Notes: generated by a model not told the origin, from the letters alone. A DNA stretch of 64,000 bases from an uncultured Clostridia bacterium (GCA_934757855.1 CAKVLR010000002.1:361397-425396), one strand, 5' to 3'; numbered from the stretch's first letter, positions 9,501-18,172 are shown. Numbers and translations are program-made.

Positions 9501-11167
9501 TGACCGAATTTTCACGCAACGAAGTTTATGCAGAAGATATTATATATGTATATGGTAAAAAGACTGCTGAAACATACACTGTTTACCTTTACCCAGGCGT
9601 AAACAACTCAAATATTGCTATGAAATTTGTTGATGCACAAGAGGGTACGCCAAAAGTTGTGACCCTTACATATGGTGAGGCTTTTGATTTGAGCGACATT
9701 CAAGCGCAACTCGATTATGACCCAGCAGACATAACATTTAAAGGTTGGTTTAGTAACGAGGGGACGGGCGGTACACAATACACAAATACAAATTCAGTTA
9801 GTATTGGTGTGTTTAAACTAACTGGCACGGGCGCAATTCGTTGGTACGCGCAATGGACTGATTCAATGCAAAAAATCTTGTTTGTAAGTATTGATGAAAA
9901 CGGAACTGAGCAAAATTTAGGCTCAACTTCGGTGCCTTTTGGAAATATATTCACTTACGAACAATTTGTAAGCCAAAACCTCAAATATTATGTGATAGAT
10001 GAGCGCGGTGGTTATGAAATTGACAGGTGCTTTGCAGATGCAAGTTTGCTTACCTTGTTTGATTTTAATAATAACTCAATTACTGATAGAACGACAATTT
10101 ACATTACTTGGAAAAAGAAATTTTTTAGCCTTAGGCTTAACGCCGATGGTGGCGCGTTTAGTGATGATTCGACCGTTTATGTGATTAATAATATCGAATA
10201 CAAGAGTGACTTTTTGGGCGAAGTGCTAAACAATCTTGCCGATACGCAAATGCCAGCGCGCATAGGTTATAAGGTAAAGAGAGTGAATGATATTGCAATT
10301 TGGAACGAACAGCCAAACGGGCAAGGCGCGGTGATTTCTTACGCGAACAACAACTACATTATGCCTGCATATGACCTAAATATCTACATTTCTTGGGAAG
10401 TGGAAAAATACACTGTGCAGATTGTAGCAAATGGCGGTTTGTTTACGACCGAAAATGGCAGTACGCCTTCAATTAATATTGCGCTCGAATACAATACTTC
10501 ATTGAAACAAGCGCTTGACCGCTACTTTGTGGCTAATGCATTGCCTACAAACGAGGGGTACGGTTTTAGGTATTGGAGTTTGCAAAACGCAGGTATTGAT
10601 GACACGCCAGCACCAGCCTTGACCGATAGCGACAAAGTGCCATATCTTGGTACAACCGTTTATGCAACTTGGGGCAGACAATATATCGTTAAATTTAAAA
10701 AGATATTCTACGATGATGAAACATCTTGGCTAGAAATCAAAGTATTTGAAGGGGATTGTGTTAGCGAACCAGACACTTCTTCCACAGACTTTATGGTAGC
10801 GGGTATGGACTTTGTAGAATGGAAACAATATATGGGTACAATCACAAATGAAAATGGCGAAAAAGAACAAGTTTATCAAGCATATGATTGGCTCGAGCCT
10901 GTCACTAGCGACTTAATTTTAGTAGGTACTTGGACACCAAACGGTGGCAAAACGGACCCTATCGACACAAGCAATATCTTGATTATCGCAATTTCAATAA
11001 TCGCTGGTATTGTGGTGATTATGTTTGTGGTTATTTTGGCGCGTAGCCGTAAAAAAGGACTAGAAGTTTCGAATAAACGCCTACAAACCAAAAATAGCAA
11101 GGAAAAATTAGAAAAAATACGCGAAATTGAAAAACGCCGTAAAAATGACAACCCATTCGATTTCTAA
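6542..11167 (+). CDS. giant surface protein (1541 aa): N-terminal signal anchor, GLUG-type glycine-rich beta-helix repeats, Listeria-Bacteroides repeats, C-terminal TM plus basic tail
   Basis: Repeated GG(I/L/V)(A/V)G..N motifs. Later GYSFDGWW, FKGWFS and GYGFRYWS repeats. C-terminus IIAISIIAGIVVIMFVVILARSRKK. No LPXTG motif. Confidence 0.85.
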   Translation: MNKSLQMVSWFTGVILGIVVLLFGGLNLTQNRKAVLGYPQYTTFWLDSAVKYIESEQSAGTKQYPYLINTPEQLAYIAKAVNGGTVDNDGNVQYLDFSGVFFQLNADIDLSGSNWVPIGNEAHPFKGVFYGNGKKISNMVIDSTMMNATAGGVVVNDFRQSLGLFGYVGYNGSAGETASTINQLVIENAYINACEYAQYAGTVAGVFEGASLNNITIISPTSETSNDTTSAGAVIYHNLTDASVMSADFIAGGVVGKLGNSTSTTVANLSNANHDNEILTSIKSTIYDNNGYSVVLGGLVGENNGTLKESRRTGGEINAFIGTIGGLVGVNSASGKMLDCYNYGNILIDPLLPNGVSVDSGLNKAEETVIGGMAGKNFGSISIENFSAIYGTVEGQNVAQVFQTCRGLIGGIAGTSKGTIENITNFAFVKCTGDQVQYMGGITAINAGTIRKCVNKGIVGADGNTEFSAKAVGGITGLNDSASIGDGAEQLGDGKIYGVENKADTGININAENAGGIAGINASTGNITSYEAGVVAGVVRNLGNVQGTSAVGGIVGKNYGTVEYVYNTTNISCASNADSASVGGVVGIMSKGAIKNSFNVGQVLDGYNVGGFVGTMENRTARIENCINYGSVTGSRGYVGGFAGYIEAGALSKVIAICDVTENGDSPLGIGGVIGAVKLSNGAPDTGVTLENYFYSESIANYEEDEFGVTDNGMIAIGNTDINKWAKMDSYKMTLPYVESKMTGSDRYRSGLYKAGSTGAEIENTDWYFNTANETANTYYYPILRAFRAGETNSLNVYGATADAVKPENGLEYPSETIFRVEFRNNYPYWNVNAKDYEERVICEDRYVVNGHYTAEPNSDLYDKPAGFYMQWKQTDIDMTTAPQNWSFTNKVTRNMRIYIDWTEKTYTIKYYLQLNGVGEFVEMTAEEREQFGLSDSSTYSLDPNAKSSLNAINIPEPKLFGYSFDGWWISKTASGIGATLDETDKVTEFSRNEVYAEDIIYVYGKKTAETYTVYLYPGVNNSNIAMKFVDAQEGTPKVVTLTYGEAFDLSDIQAQLDYDPADITFKGWFSNEGTGGTQYTNTNSVSIGVFKLTGTGAIRWYAQWTDSMQKILFVSIDENGTEQNLGSTSVPFGNIFTYEQFVSQNLKYYVIDERGGYEIDRCFADASLLTLFDFNNNSITDRTTIYITWKKKFFSLRLNADGGAFSDDSTVYVINNIEYKSDFLGEVLNNLADTQMPARIGYKVKRVNDIAIWNEQPNGQGAVISYANNNYIMPAYDLNIYISWEVEKYTVQIVANGGLFTTENGSTPSINIALEYNTSLKQALDRYFVANALPTNEGYGFRYWSLQNAGIDDTPAPALTDSDKVPYLGTTVYATWGRQYIVKFKKIFYDDETSWLEIKVFEGDCVSEPDTSSTDFMVAGMDFVEWKQYMGTITNENGEKEQVYQAYDWLEPVTSDLILVGTWTPNGGKTDPIDTSNILIIAISIIAGIVVIMFVVILARSRKKGLEVSNKRLQTKNSKEKLEKIREIEKRRKNDNPFDF

Positions 11168-11240
11168 AATATTGAATTATTTAAAAATATACACAAAAAA
11201 TAAAATAATAAAAAAAACAATAATTTTTTCAATCAAAAAA

Positions 11241-11262
11241 ACACCCTCGCAGGGTGTTTTTT
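11241..11262 (+). terminator. rho-independent terminator
   Basis: Hairpin ACACCCT-CGC-AGGGTGT followed by a T-tract. Confidence 0.8.
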
Positions 11263-11350
11263 CTCTTGGCTGGCTCATTACTCATTGTTTTATTAGACTA
11301 ACTGTTCTGTTAGACTTTCCGCGTACCACGCTCCAAGGGGCAATCTCTAC

Positions 11351-12658
11351 CTATTTTCCTAAGCAGAATTTTGCAAAAATTTCATTTATTATGTGTTCAC
11401 TTGCTGTTGTGCCTGTGATTTCGCCCAGCGCGTCCCACGCCTGCATAAGCGTAATCGCGAGGCAGTCGAGCGGAGCAGTCTTGCTATTTGAAATAGTATC
11501 ATTTAAAGCAGATTTTGCTTTTTCAAGGCACGCAATATGTCTGCTGTTGGTAAGTAAAATATCATTATCAGCAAGGTGAGAATTGATAGTTTTATCAAAA
11601 ATAAGTTGTTTGAGTTTGTCTATATTTTGTCCAGTTTTTGCGCTAATTGTCAAATCAAAGTCAGCCGAATTTGTATTGTGCTGGTCTATTTTATTGAGAA
11701 TTTTTATGCAATTTTTGTTTTTAATTTCAGGCAAAACTTCATCAATCTTATCTTGCACCAAAACCACCAAATCGGCGGAATTTATTTCATCAAAAGCACG
11801 CTTTATGCCCGCATTTTCGACAATATCTGCGGTATCGCGAAGCCCTGCGGTATCGGTAACATTAAACAGCACTCCGTTAAATTCATAACTTTCGTTTAGC
11901 GTGTCGCGAGTCGTACCCGCAATGTCCGTTACAATCGCGCGCTCATAGCCCACAAGCGCATTTAATATGCTACTTTTACCTACATTAGGGTCGCCCGCAA
12001 GCACTACTTTTACGCCGTTTTTGATTTTTAATCCAGTTTGCGCGGTTGCAAGTTGTGTGTCAATTTTTTGTATCGTTTTCGCACAAAATTCACTTACCTT
12101 TACAGCCGTAATGTATTCAATATCGTGTTCGGGGTAGTCGAGCGCAACATTTACCTCGCATATGCAGTTGGTGAGGTCATCTTGCATTTCTTCTACAAAG
12201 CGCTTTAAATTCCCATACATTAGCCTAGACCCAGCGCGCAAAGAGGACATACTGTTTGCATTGATTATGTCGATAATTCCTTCGGCTTGACTCATATCCA
12301 TTTGCCCATTGAGTACGGCACGCTTGCTAAATTCGCCACGCTCCGCAGTCCTAGCCCCTGCACGGTTTAATGCACGCATAACCGCAACACTGAGGTAATA
12401 ACCGCCGTGAATTTGCAGTTCGACCACTTCTTCGCCCGTAAAACTTTTTGGCGCGGGGAAATAAAGCCCTAACGCATCATCGCTTACTCCATCAAATTCG
12501 ATTTTGCCAAAAATAGCCTTTCGCGGGGTAGGGGCTTTCTCTCTAAACGGCACAAAAATTTGCTTTGCAATTTCCAAAGCACGCTCGCCACTTATTCTAA
12601 TTATCGCAACTCCGCCGTTGCCTAGTGGGGTCGCAATCGCACAAATTGTATCAGCCAT
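11351..12658 (-). CDS. mnmE: tRNA modification GTPase MnmE (TrmE/ThdF)
   Basis: 435 aa; G1 motif GDPNVGKSS, DTAG, C-terminal CLGK. Confidence 0.96.
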   Translation of the reverse strand: MADTICAIATPLGNGGVAIIRISGERALEIAKQIFVPFREKAPTPRKAIFGKIEFDGVSDDALGLYFPAPKSFTGEEVVELQIHGGYYLSVAVMRALNRAGARTAERGEFSKRAVLNGQMDMSQAEGIIDIINANSMSSLRAGSRLMYGNLKRFVEEMQDDLTNCICEVNVALDYPEHDIEYITAVKVSEFCAKTIQKIDTQLATAQTGLKIKNGVKVVLAGDPNVGKSSILNALVGYERAIVTDIAGTTRDTLNESYEFNGVLFNVTDTAGLRDTADIVENAGIKRAFDEINSADLVVLVQDKIDEVLPEIKNKNCIKILNKIDQHNTNSADFDLTISAKTGQNIDKLKQLIFDKTINSHLADNDILLTNSRHIACLEKAKSALNDTISNSKTAPLDCLAITLMQAWDALGEITGTTASEHIINEIFAKFCLGK

Positions 12659-12891
12659 AATGTACTCCTTTGCTTAAATTATAAGATATTTTTGCTATTT
12701 TTTCAATAAAAATCGAAAAATAATTGAAAAATACGCCAAAAATAAAAATTCTCATCAATTTTTGCTTATATTAAATAGATAGTTGATTAATTAGATTAAA
12801 TAAATATTTATTAAATAGATATTATATTAAATCTAAAATTTTTTCTCAATATTAAAAATAAAAAAAGAGCAAAACGCTCTTTTTTTGTAAA

Positions 12892-13395
12892 CTACATTTC
12901 AATTTCTTGATTGTCGCGCCAAACAATGTGGCGTGGGGTATCAAATTTCTGTTCTTTTAGCACTTTTTTAAGTACTGTTGGACGAATGTCGTATTCATCA
13001 ATTTTGTCCAAATCTACCCACCTAAAATGCAAGTGAACGATTTTCCCTTCATCGTTTTCAGTGAAATCATAGTCGTGCAATTTTTCCTCAGGAAGGTCGC
13101 AGTTTTCTGCCAAAAAGTAATGCGCAATTTCGTGTTCGCGAGTGTCTTTGCTACCTTGGTAAAAATTCTCAATTACCGCAATCAATTTAGGGTTAGAAAT
13201 ATCGACACCCACTTCTTCTTTTGTTTCGCGAATAACCGCTTCGATAAAAGATTCGCCATAATGCAAATGCCCACCAGGGCAAGCCATATAATCAGCCTTG
13301 TCAATGTAAGAAAATAACACTTTGTTGCCGTGTTTGATGAGCACGCCAGCCCTCAATCTAAACCTGTAATTTTCGCATCTAAAATCAATGTCCAT
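12892..13395 (-). CDS. NUDIX hydrolase
   Basis: Nudix box GGHLHYGESFIEAVIRETKEEVG. Start moved to ATG 13395, which is preceded by AAAGGTGGTG; the ORF-track start at 13458 lacks an SD. Confidence 0.85.
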   Translation of the reverse strand: MDIDFRCENYRFRLRAGVLIKHGNKVLFSYIDKADYMACPGGHLHYGESFIEAVIRETKEEVGVDISNPKLIAVIENFYQGSKDTREHEIAHYFLAENCDLPEEKLHDYDFTENDEGKIVHLHFRWVDLDKIDEYDIRPTVLKKVLKEQKFDTPRHIVWRDNQEIEM

Positions 13396-13510
13396 ATTTT
13401 TCACCACCTTTAAAATAAATATAGAATTAATTATATCAAAAATAAAATTAAATTGCAAGATAAAACCCTTTTTTTATAAAATAAAATTAAAATTAAATTG
13501 TTACGCAAAT

Positions 13511-13705
13511 ATGGAAATACTCACTTCTCTCGACTCAGCCGCTCTTGACCAAGCGTGTATTGATTTGGTGTTCAATTCAAACGACAGTGGAAAAGAACAC
13601 TTTATCGAACGCGTAGAATCGCGCAACGGGCGCAGAATTTTGGAAACCGCCGAAAATCCAGGCGTAGGCTCACGCACATACACTCTAATAAATATAGATG
13701 AATAA
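13511..13705 (+). pseudogene. C-terminal remnant (~64 aa) of a DUF362-type Fe-S protein
   Basis: LTSLDSAALDQACIDLV...GKEHFIERVESRNG...GVGSRTYTLINID resembles the C-terminus of ~370-aa DUF362 proteins. The N-terminal ~300 aa are absent. Confidence 0.5.
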
Positions 13706-13708
13706 AAT

Positions 13709-13741
13709 AAAAGAACATACCTAACTTAGGTATGTTCTTTT
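13709..13741. terminator. 33-nt perfect hairpin (bidirectional terminator type), left copy
   Basis: AAAAGAACATACC-TAACTTA-GGTATGTTCTTTT. Confidence 0.75.
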
Positions 13742-14009
13742 ATTCATAAATTTCTAAATCTTCTCGCTCAAAAATAGGGTCGTCAAAAAATTCAGCAGTT
13801 GTCATATCTAAACCTTTGATAATCTGCATAACTGTTTTTAGATTGACACCTTTATTCCTTTCACCCATTAAAGATTTCATTGTGTTATGTGGCATAGCAA
13901 TATTCTTCTCTAATCTATATTGCGACATATTTTTTTCACGCAATATCGCGCTAACTCTCATTGCAACGGCTGTACTTAATTTCATATTTGCTTCCTTTGA
14001 AAATTTCAA
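13740..14009 (-). CDS. XRE-family helix-turn-helix regulator
   Basis: HTH_3-like segment REKNMSQYRLEKNIAMPHNTMKSLMGERN; the true start may be the internal ATG at 13985. Confidence 0.7.
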   Translation of the reverse strand: MKFSKEANMKLSTAVAMRVSAILREKNMSQYRLEKNIAMPHNTMKSLMGERNKGVNLKTVMQIIKGLDMTTAEFFDDPIFEREDLEIYE

Positions 14010-14135
14010 TATAATAATATCAAAAAATAATTGTTAACATAAGGACACAAATATAACCACAATGCTTGTAAAATACATAAAAATATGTTATTATGGTTGT
14101 GTTTACAACCGTAATAATAGGAGTTTGTATCAAAA

Positions 14136-14651
14136 ATGAATGATAAAATCTGTTTTATAGGTCATCGCTCATTATCTACACATAAAGTAAAAAGCAAATT
14201 ATATAAAACTATAGAACATGAAATAAAATTAGGAAATCATTTTTTTGAGGTGGGTGTTCACGGTGAGTATGATAAATTAGTTTTAGAAGTTTGTCTTGAA
14301 TTAAAAAAACACTATGAATTTATTAAAATTGACATTGTCTCTACAAGCCTTGTTTATATAAACAGATATTTAAAATGCTTGCCTAAGGGAGTTGGAACGA
14401 TAATGTATGATATAGAAGAAATACATTATAAACAAAGAATAATAGAAAGTAATAAGAAAATGGTGGATAATTGCAACACCTTAATTTGTTATGTTGATGT
14501 CACACGAAATAATAGTGGTGCTAAATTGATTTTAGATTACGCAAAAACAAAACAGATAAAAATTCTAAATCTTTATGATAAGAAAGATAACAGCATACAT
14601 AATTTAACACGACAGGAAAAAGAAGCATTTTTTGAAAATTTGAAGTATTAA
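14136..14651 (+). CDS. SLOG-fold / DUF1273 (YpsA-like) family protein
   Basis: N-terminal CFIGHR motif and a Rossmann-like alternation typical of DUF1273/SLOG proteins that are common in prophages. Recognised from memory only. Confidence 0.45.
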   Translation: MNDKICFIGHRSLSTHKVKSKLYKTIEHEIKLGNHFFEVGVHGEYDKLVLEVCLELKKHYEFIKIDIVSTSLVYINRYLKCLPKGVGTIMYDIEEIHYKQRIIESNKKMVDNCNTLICYVDVTRNNSGAKLILDYAKTKQIKILNLYDKKDNSIHNLTRQEKEAFFENLKY

Positions 14652-14656
14652 AGTTT

Positions 14657-14689
14657 AAAAGAACATACCTTAGTTAGGTATGTTCTTTT
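14657..14689. terminator. 33-nt perfect hairpin, right copy (identical stem to 13709-13741)
   Basis: AAAAGAACATACC-TTAGTTA-GGTATGTTCTTTT. Confidence 0.75.
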
Positions 14690-14824
14690 AATGTGTGTAT
14701 AATTTTCTTGTTTTATTTGTATCTTGCTAATTTTTTGCAATAGGAAAAATTGCACCAAATTTGCTTTGGGGCAAGAAGGGCAGAATTAGTAAATTTTCCC
14801 CCTACGCGCGCAAGATGCGGTCGG

Positions 14825-15031
14825 CTACTCATCGTCCATACCGATTAGAATATCTGCGGATACATTAAAGTAGAGGCAAATTTTTCTAATTTGCTGTAAA
14901 TTAGGCTCGCGTTTTCCGTTTTCCCAGTAACTAACGCACGCATTGCTTACTCCTAAAATCTTTGCGAGGCGGTTAACGGAAACACCTTTTTCTCTTCGTA
15001 AATCTTTCAAAACTTCTTTAAATTCGGACAT
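14825..15031 (-). CDS. XRE-family HTH regulator (68 aa)
   Basis: VNRLAKILGVSNACVSYWENGKREP is a canonical HTH_3 motif. Confidence 0.8.
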   Translation of the reverse strand: MSEFKEVLKDLRREKGVSVNRLAKILGVSNACVSYWENGKREPNLQQIRKICLYFNVSADILIGMDDE

Positions 15032-15263
15032 ACTACTATTAGTTTAACAAAATTTTTAAAAGAATACTTATAAAATAACTTTTGTTAACAAAAAATTTGA
15101 AAAAAAGTGCATTTTTTTGCAAAAATTGGCAAAATTAGACAAAAATTATCAAAAAATTACCAAAGTTTGGAAATTTTTTGCTTAAAAACTACTCGAATTT
15201 TTGGAAATATAGTTAAAAATTTACTAACAAAGTACCCAAAATGCATTTTAATTTTTATTTAAC

Positions 15264-15292
15264 TTGCTAAAATTTTGCAAATATTATATAAT
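15264..15292 (+). promoter_or_regulatory. sigma-A type promoter TTGCTA-17-TATAAT whose predicted TSS coincides with the rlmH ATG (leaderless)
   Basis: -35 at 15264-15269 and -10 at 15287-15292. The ATG at 15299 is 6 nt after the -10 element. No SD is present. Confidence 0.5.
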
Positions 15293-15298
15293 GAATAT

Positions 15299-15766
15299 AT
15301 GAGAAAAATTAGTTTAGTTTGTGTGGGTAATTTAAAAGAAAAATTTTGGGCTGAGGCTTTTTTAGAATACAAAAAAAGGCTGTCCAAATTTTTTGATTTC
15401 AATTTAATCGAGTTGCCTGAGGCGCGTTTGCAGAAAAACAATTCTAGCGAGATTGCGCGCGTAATAGAGGCGGAGGGCGACAAAATTTTGGAAAAGGTAA
15501 AAGGCAAGATGGTAGTTGCGCTAGCGGTGGAAGGAAAACAAATGGATAGTGTACAGTTTGCAAAATTTGTAGCCACGAATAGCGATTTGGGGGAGATTTG
15601 CTTTGTGATAGGCGGGAGTTACGGGCTAGATAATAGGGTAAAAGCGTTGGGCAAAAAAATTAGTTTCAGCGCGCTCACATTTCCGCACCAGTTGATGCGC
15701 GTAATCTTAATGGAACAACTCTACCGCGCAGGCACCATAATCAATAATATCGAGTACCACAAGTAG
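15299..15766 (+). CDS. rlmH: 23S rRNA (pseudouridine1915-N3)-methyltransferase RlmH (SPOUT)
   Basis: MRKISLVCVGNLKEKFW... aligns with RlmH N-termini; C-terminal knot region GGSYG...LTFPHQLMR. Confidence 0.9.
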   Translation: MRKISLVCVGNLKEKFWAEAFLEYKKRLSKFFDFNLIELPEARLQKNNSSEIARVIEAEGDKILEKVKGKMVVALAVEGKQMDSVQFAKFVATNSDLGEICFVIGGSYGLDNRVKALGKKISFSALTFPHQLMRVILMEQLYRAGTIINNIEYHK

Positions 15767-15774
15767 GTGAAATT

Positions 15775-16407
15775 TTGAGAGAAATCTATATCGGCAAAGT
15801 GAAAAATAACAAATGGTTTATCATACTAAAATCTGGCAAATGTTTTTATCAAAATTTTAGAGATAACGCCTTTTATAAATTAGACTTGACACTAAAAATA
15901 GGTGATTGCGTGGAAACGGAATTAATTGATAACGAACAGAGTTATTTTGGTAACCCTTATTGCAAGATTGTGCGAGTTTATAAAAGTGAAAATAGCAAGC
16001 AAAGAATGTTAAATTTGATTTGCGCTTTGCATTGTTATTTTGATAATTTATACACGCAGTCAAACGAATACGAACACCTTTACATATTCAATGAAATAAA
16101 TTTCTATCTGTATATGTATTATTCATATTTGCGAGATTATTTGCAAATTCTTGCGAACAATTTAAAAAAAGAATTAAAGATTGATATAACCAACAAATTG
16201 CAAAGTTTTCTAGCCCAAACGCTAAATTTGCTATATAATGGTGATGACCCAACATACGATTATAAAATTATCAATAAAAATTTTAAGCGAATAAAAAAGA
16301 CTTATCTAACCAAGAAATCTACCGACCTTGAAGTGCAAAATTTTGTGCACAATGAATGGCGAAAATCAACTGACAAATTTTTAAGTGAAATAGCCGAACT
16401 TATTTAA
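15775..16407 (+). CDS. hypothetical protein (210 aa)
   Basis: TTG start preceded by AGGTGA; no recognisable motif. Confidence 0.5.
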   Translation: MREIYIGKVKNNKWFIILKSGKCFYQNFRDNAFYKLDLTLKIGDCVETELIDNEQSYFGNPYCKIVRVYKSENSKQRMLNLICALHCYFDNLYTQSNEYEHLYIFNEINFYLYMYYSYLRDYLQILANNLKKELKIDITNKLQSFLAQTLNLLYNGDDPTYDYKIINKNFKRIKKTYLTKKSTDLEVQNFVHNEWRKSTDKFLSEIAELI

Positions 16408-16485
16408 AAAATTGTTAAATTGAATACAAAAAAGCAAATTTAAATAAAAATATATTAATGAGATTTTTTACTATTTACATAAAAC

Positions 16486-16621
16486 TTCCGTTATCGGCAA
16501 TAACAATATAAAAAGATACTGCAAAATTTCCGCTATCGGCAATTTTTAAATAAAAAATAGTGGATTTAGTTCCGTTATCGGCAATTTTAAGCGGTTTAAA
16601 TATTGACAAATTGCCGATAAC
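16486..16621. repeat. iteron-like array: TTCCG(T/C)TATCGGCAAT x3 direct at exact 42-bp spacing, plus one inverted copy
   Basis: Direct copies at 16486-16501, 16528-16543 and 16570-16585. Inverted ATTGCCGATAAC at 16610-16621. Confidence 0.85.
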
Positions 16622-16659
16622 AAAAAAAGCAAAAGTTTCTACACTTCTGCTTTTTAATT

Positions 16660-17142
16660 TTATACTTTCGAGGCTTTGTCGTAAATATTGTCGATTGCAA
16701 TAACTAGCGCAATGAGAAAAGGCATATCTTCTTCGTTTGCATCAAGAACAAATGAGTCCACAAACCACTTAATCTCACGCTTTATCGTGCCTATCTGTTC
16801 GCCATTGCGGTAAATTGTGGAGGTAAGTTTAAAAAAATTGCCTTCAATTTTGATTTCATCTTTGTACCCTTCCACAAAGAATGTACCCTTCAAATCGACC
16901 TTCTTTTTTACGCGTGCAATTTTTTCTTTATTTTCATCATAGATAAACGCACTGTGCGACCACCAGTTGAAAAATTTATTGCGCACCGAATACAAAACTT
17001 TGTTGTCTAGCGTGCAAATTCGTTTTTTATGCGTAATGCTAAAAAATTTGCCTTTTACCTTATATACAGGGTTTTTGTCCTCATCAACAACGGTAGAACT
17101 CCCGCGCAATGAGGCTAGTTTGTTTGTGATATATAAAATCAT
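16660..17142 (-). CDS. LURP-one-related / DUF567 (tubby C-terminal-like, YxjI-like) protein
   Basis: 160 aa; beta-rich pattern and length typical of DUF567; recognised from memory only. Confidence 0.45.
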   Translation of the reverse strand: MILYITNKLASLRGSSTVVDEDKNPVYKVKGKFFSITHKKRICTLDNKVLYSVRNKFFNWWSHSAFIYDENKEKIARVKKKVDLKGTFFVEGYKDEIKIEGNFFKLTSTIYRNGEQIGTIKREIKWFVDSFVLDANEEDMPFLIALVIAIDNIYDKASKV

Positions 17143-17233
17143 AATACACTCCTAAAATATTTTTATTTTCGGGCAAAAAATATGAAAAATAAAGGGTAAA
17201 TACTGCAAAAAATTAGATAAAAATCAGTTTATT

Positions 17234-17743
17234 TTAACCATTTATTTTCATTATTCCTATGATTGCAACAACCGCGATAACCGCAACCCAAGTAAAAATT
17301 TCCGCAATTCGCAAAATCTTCATACGCTTTTTTGCTTGTTTATCCACAAAATAACTATTTGAGATTGTATCTACATTGCAATCGCTTTCAATCGTTACCG
17401 TCTCGCCCTCATCTTTTAGTTGATTAAACTTAAAAGTAACATTATTTGTTTCGTTGAGGTCTATATCAAAAGAGCAATCAAGTACGATACATTTTTTGTC
17501 CAAACGCGGATTAAATATGCCCAAAATACTAATCAAAAAGAAGAAAAATTGCACCAAAAACCAGCATTTTCCGCTAATTTCAAGATATTTGTATATTTCA
17601 ACTTTCGCTTTCGAGTTTTCAGTATTATACGAGCAAGTAAAGCCCCCAAATTCGTTTTTCTTCAATTTTGCGGGCTTGCCATCAATCAAAACCGTTGGGT
17701 TTACGCGCGCCGTGCCGAGCAATTTTAAATTTAATGTCTTCAT
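17234..17743 (-). CDS. hypothetical membrane protein
   Basis: Two predicted TM helices (CWFLVQFFFFLISILGIF; FTWVAVIAVVAIIGI). Confidence 0.55.
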   Translation of the reverse strand: MKTLNLKLLGTARVNPTVLIDGKPAKLKKNEFGGFTCSYNTENSKAKVEIYKYLEISGKCWFLVQFFFFLISILGIFNPRLDKKCIVLDCSFDIDLNETNNVTFKFNQLKDEGETVTIESDCNVDTISNSYFVDKQAKKRMKILRIAEIFTWVAVIAVVAIIGIMKING

Positions 17744-18172
17744 TTACGCACCTGCCAAAATTGAAATAGTAGCCACCACCGCAATACCTAAAATTATGCA
17801 AGGTAGTATCAAGTGGGTCTTGTCCGCATTTTTATCAAAAGCAAGCAACACAACAGCACAAATTGCCAAAACTATGGTAATCGGCGCAACGATAGGGAAA
17901 GCGCTTGTTAGCCATTCACCGATAGAGGTAATCGCTTCGCCACCGCCCCAGAGCGCACGGAAATTCGGTTGCAACAAAATTACTCCAAGGGTCGCCATTG
18001 TGAGCGCAATCAAAATTACATAATAAAATATCACAAAGAAAAATGATAGTATGCTTGCAATCAACAACATTGCCCCAAAAGCCGATAACCACGAGCAAAT
18101 TTTGCCTAAATGCGTCCTATACATTCCCGCCAAAATCTTTGGCGGAGTGCTAAAAACTTTTTTATCTTCCAT
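17744..18172 (-). CDS. hypothetical polytopic membrane protein
   Basis: Four hydrophobic helices; abuts the downstream ORF with no gap. Confidence 0.55.
   Translation of the reverse strand: MEDKKVFSTPPKILAGMYRTHLGKICSWLSAFGAMLLIASILSFFFVIFYYVILIALTMATLGVILLQPNFRALWGGGEAITSIGEWLTSAFPIVAPITIVLAICAVVLLAFDKNADKTHLILPCIILGIAVVATISILAGA

Noticed and set aside
11127-11899. Plus-strand ORFs 11127-11579, 11576-11899 and 11583-11888
   Set aside because: They run antisense through the well-supported mnmE gene and across the adhesin terminator.
13388-13510. The N-terminal 41 codons of ORF 13388-13705
   Set aside because: This is a low-complexity I/K/F-rich translation of the NUDIX promoter region. Only the last ~64 codons resemble a real protein (the DUF362 C-terminus), so the ORF was called a gene remnant.
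15042-15089. The inverted repeat GTTTAACAAAA / TTTTGTTAAC upstream of the 68-aa XRE gene as its operator
   Set aside because: The arms match imperfectly (9 of 11) and the sequence is A/T-rich low-complexity DNA, so such matches are expected by chance.
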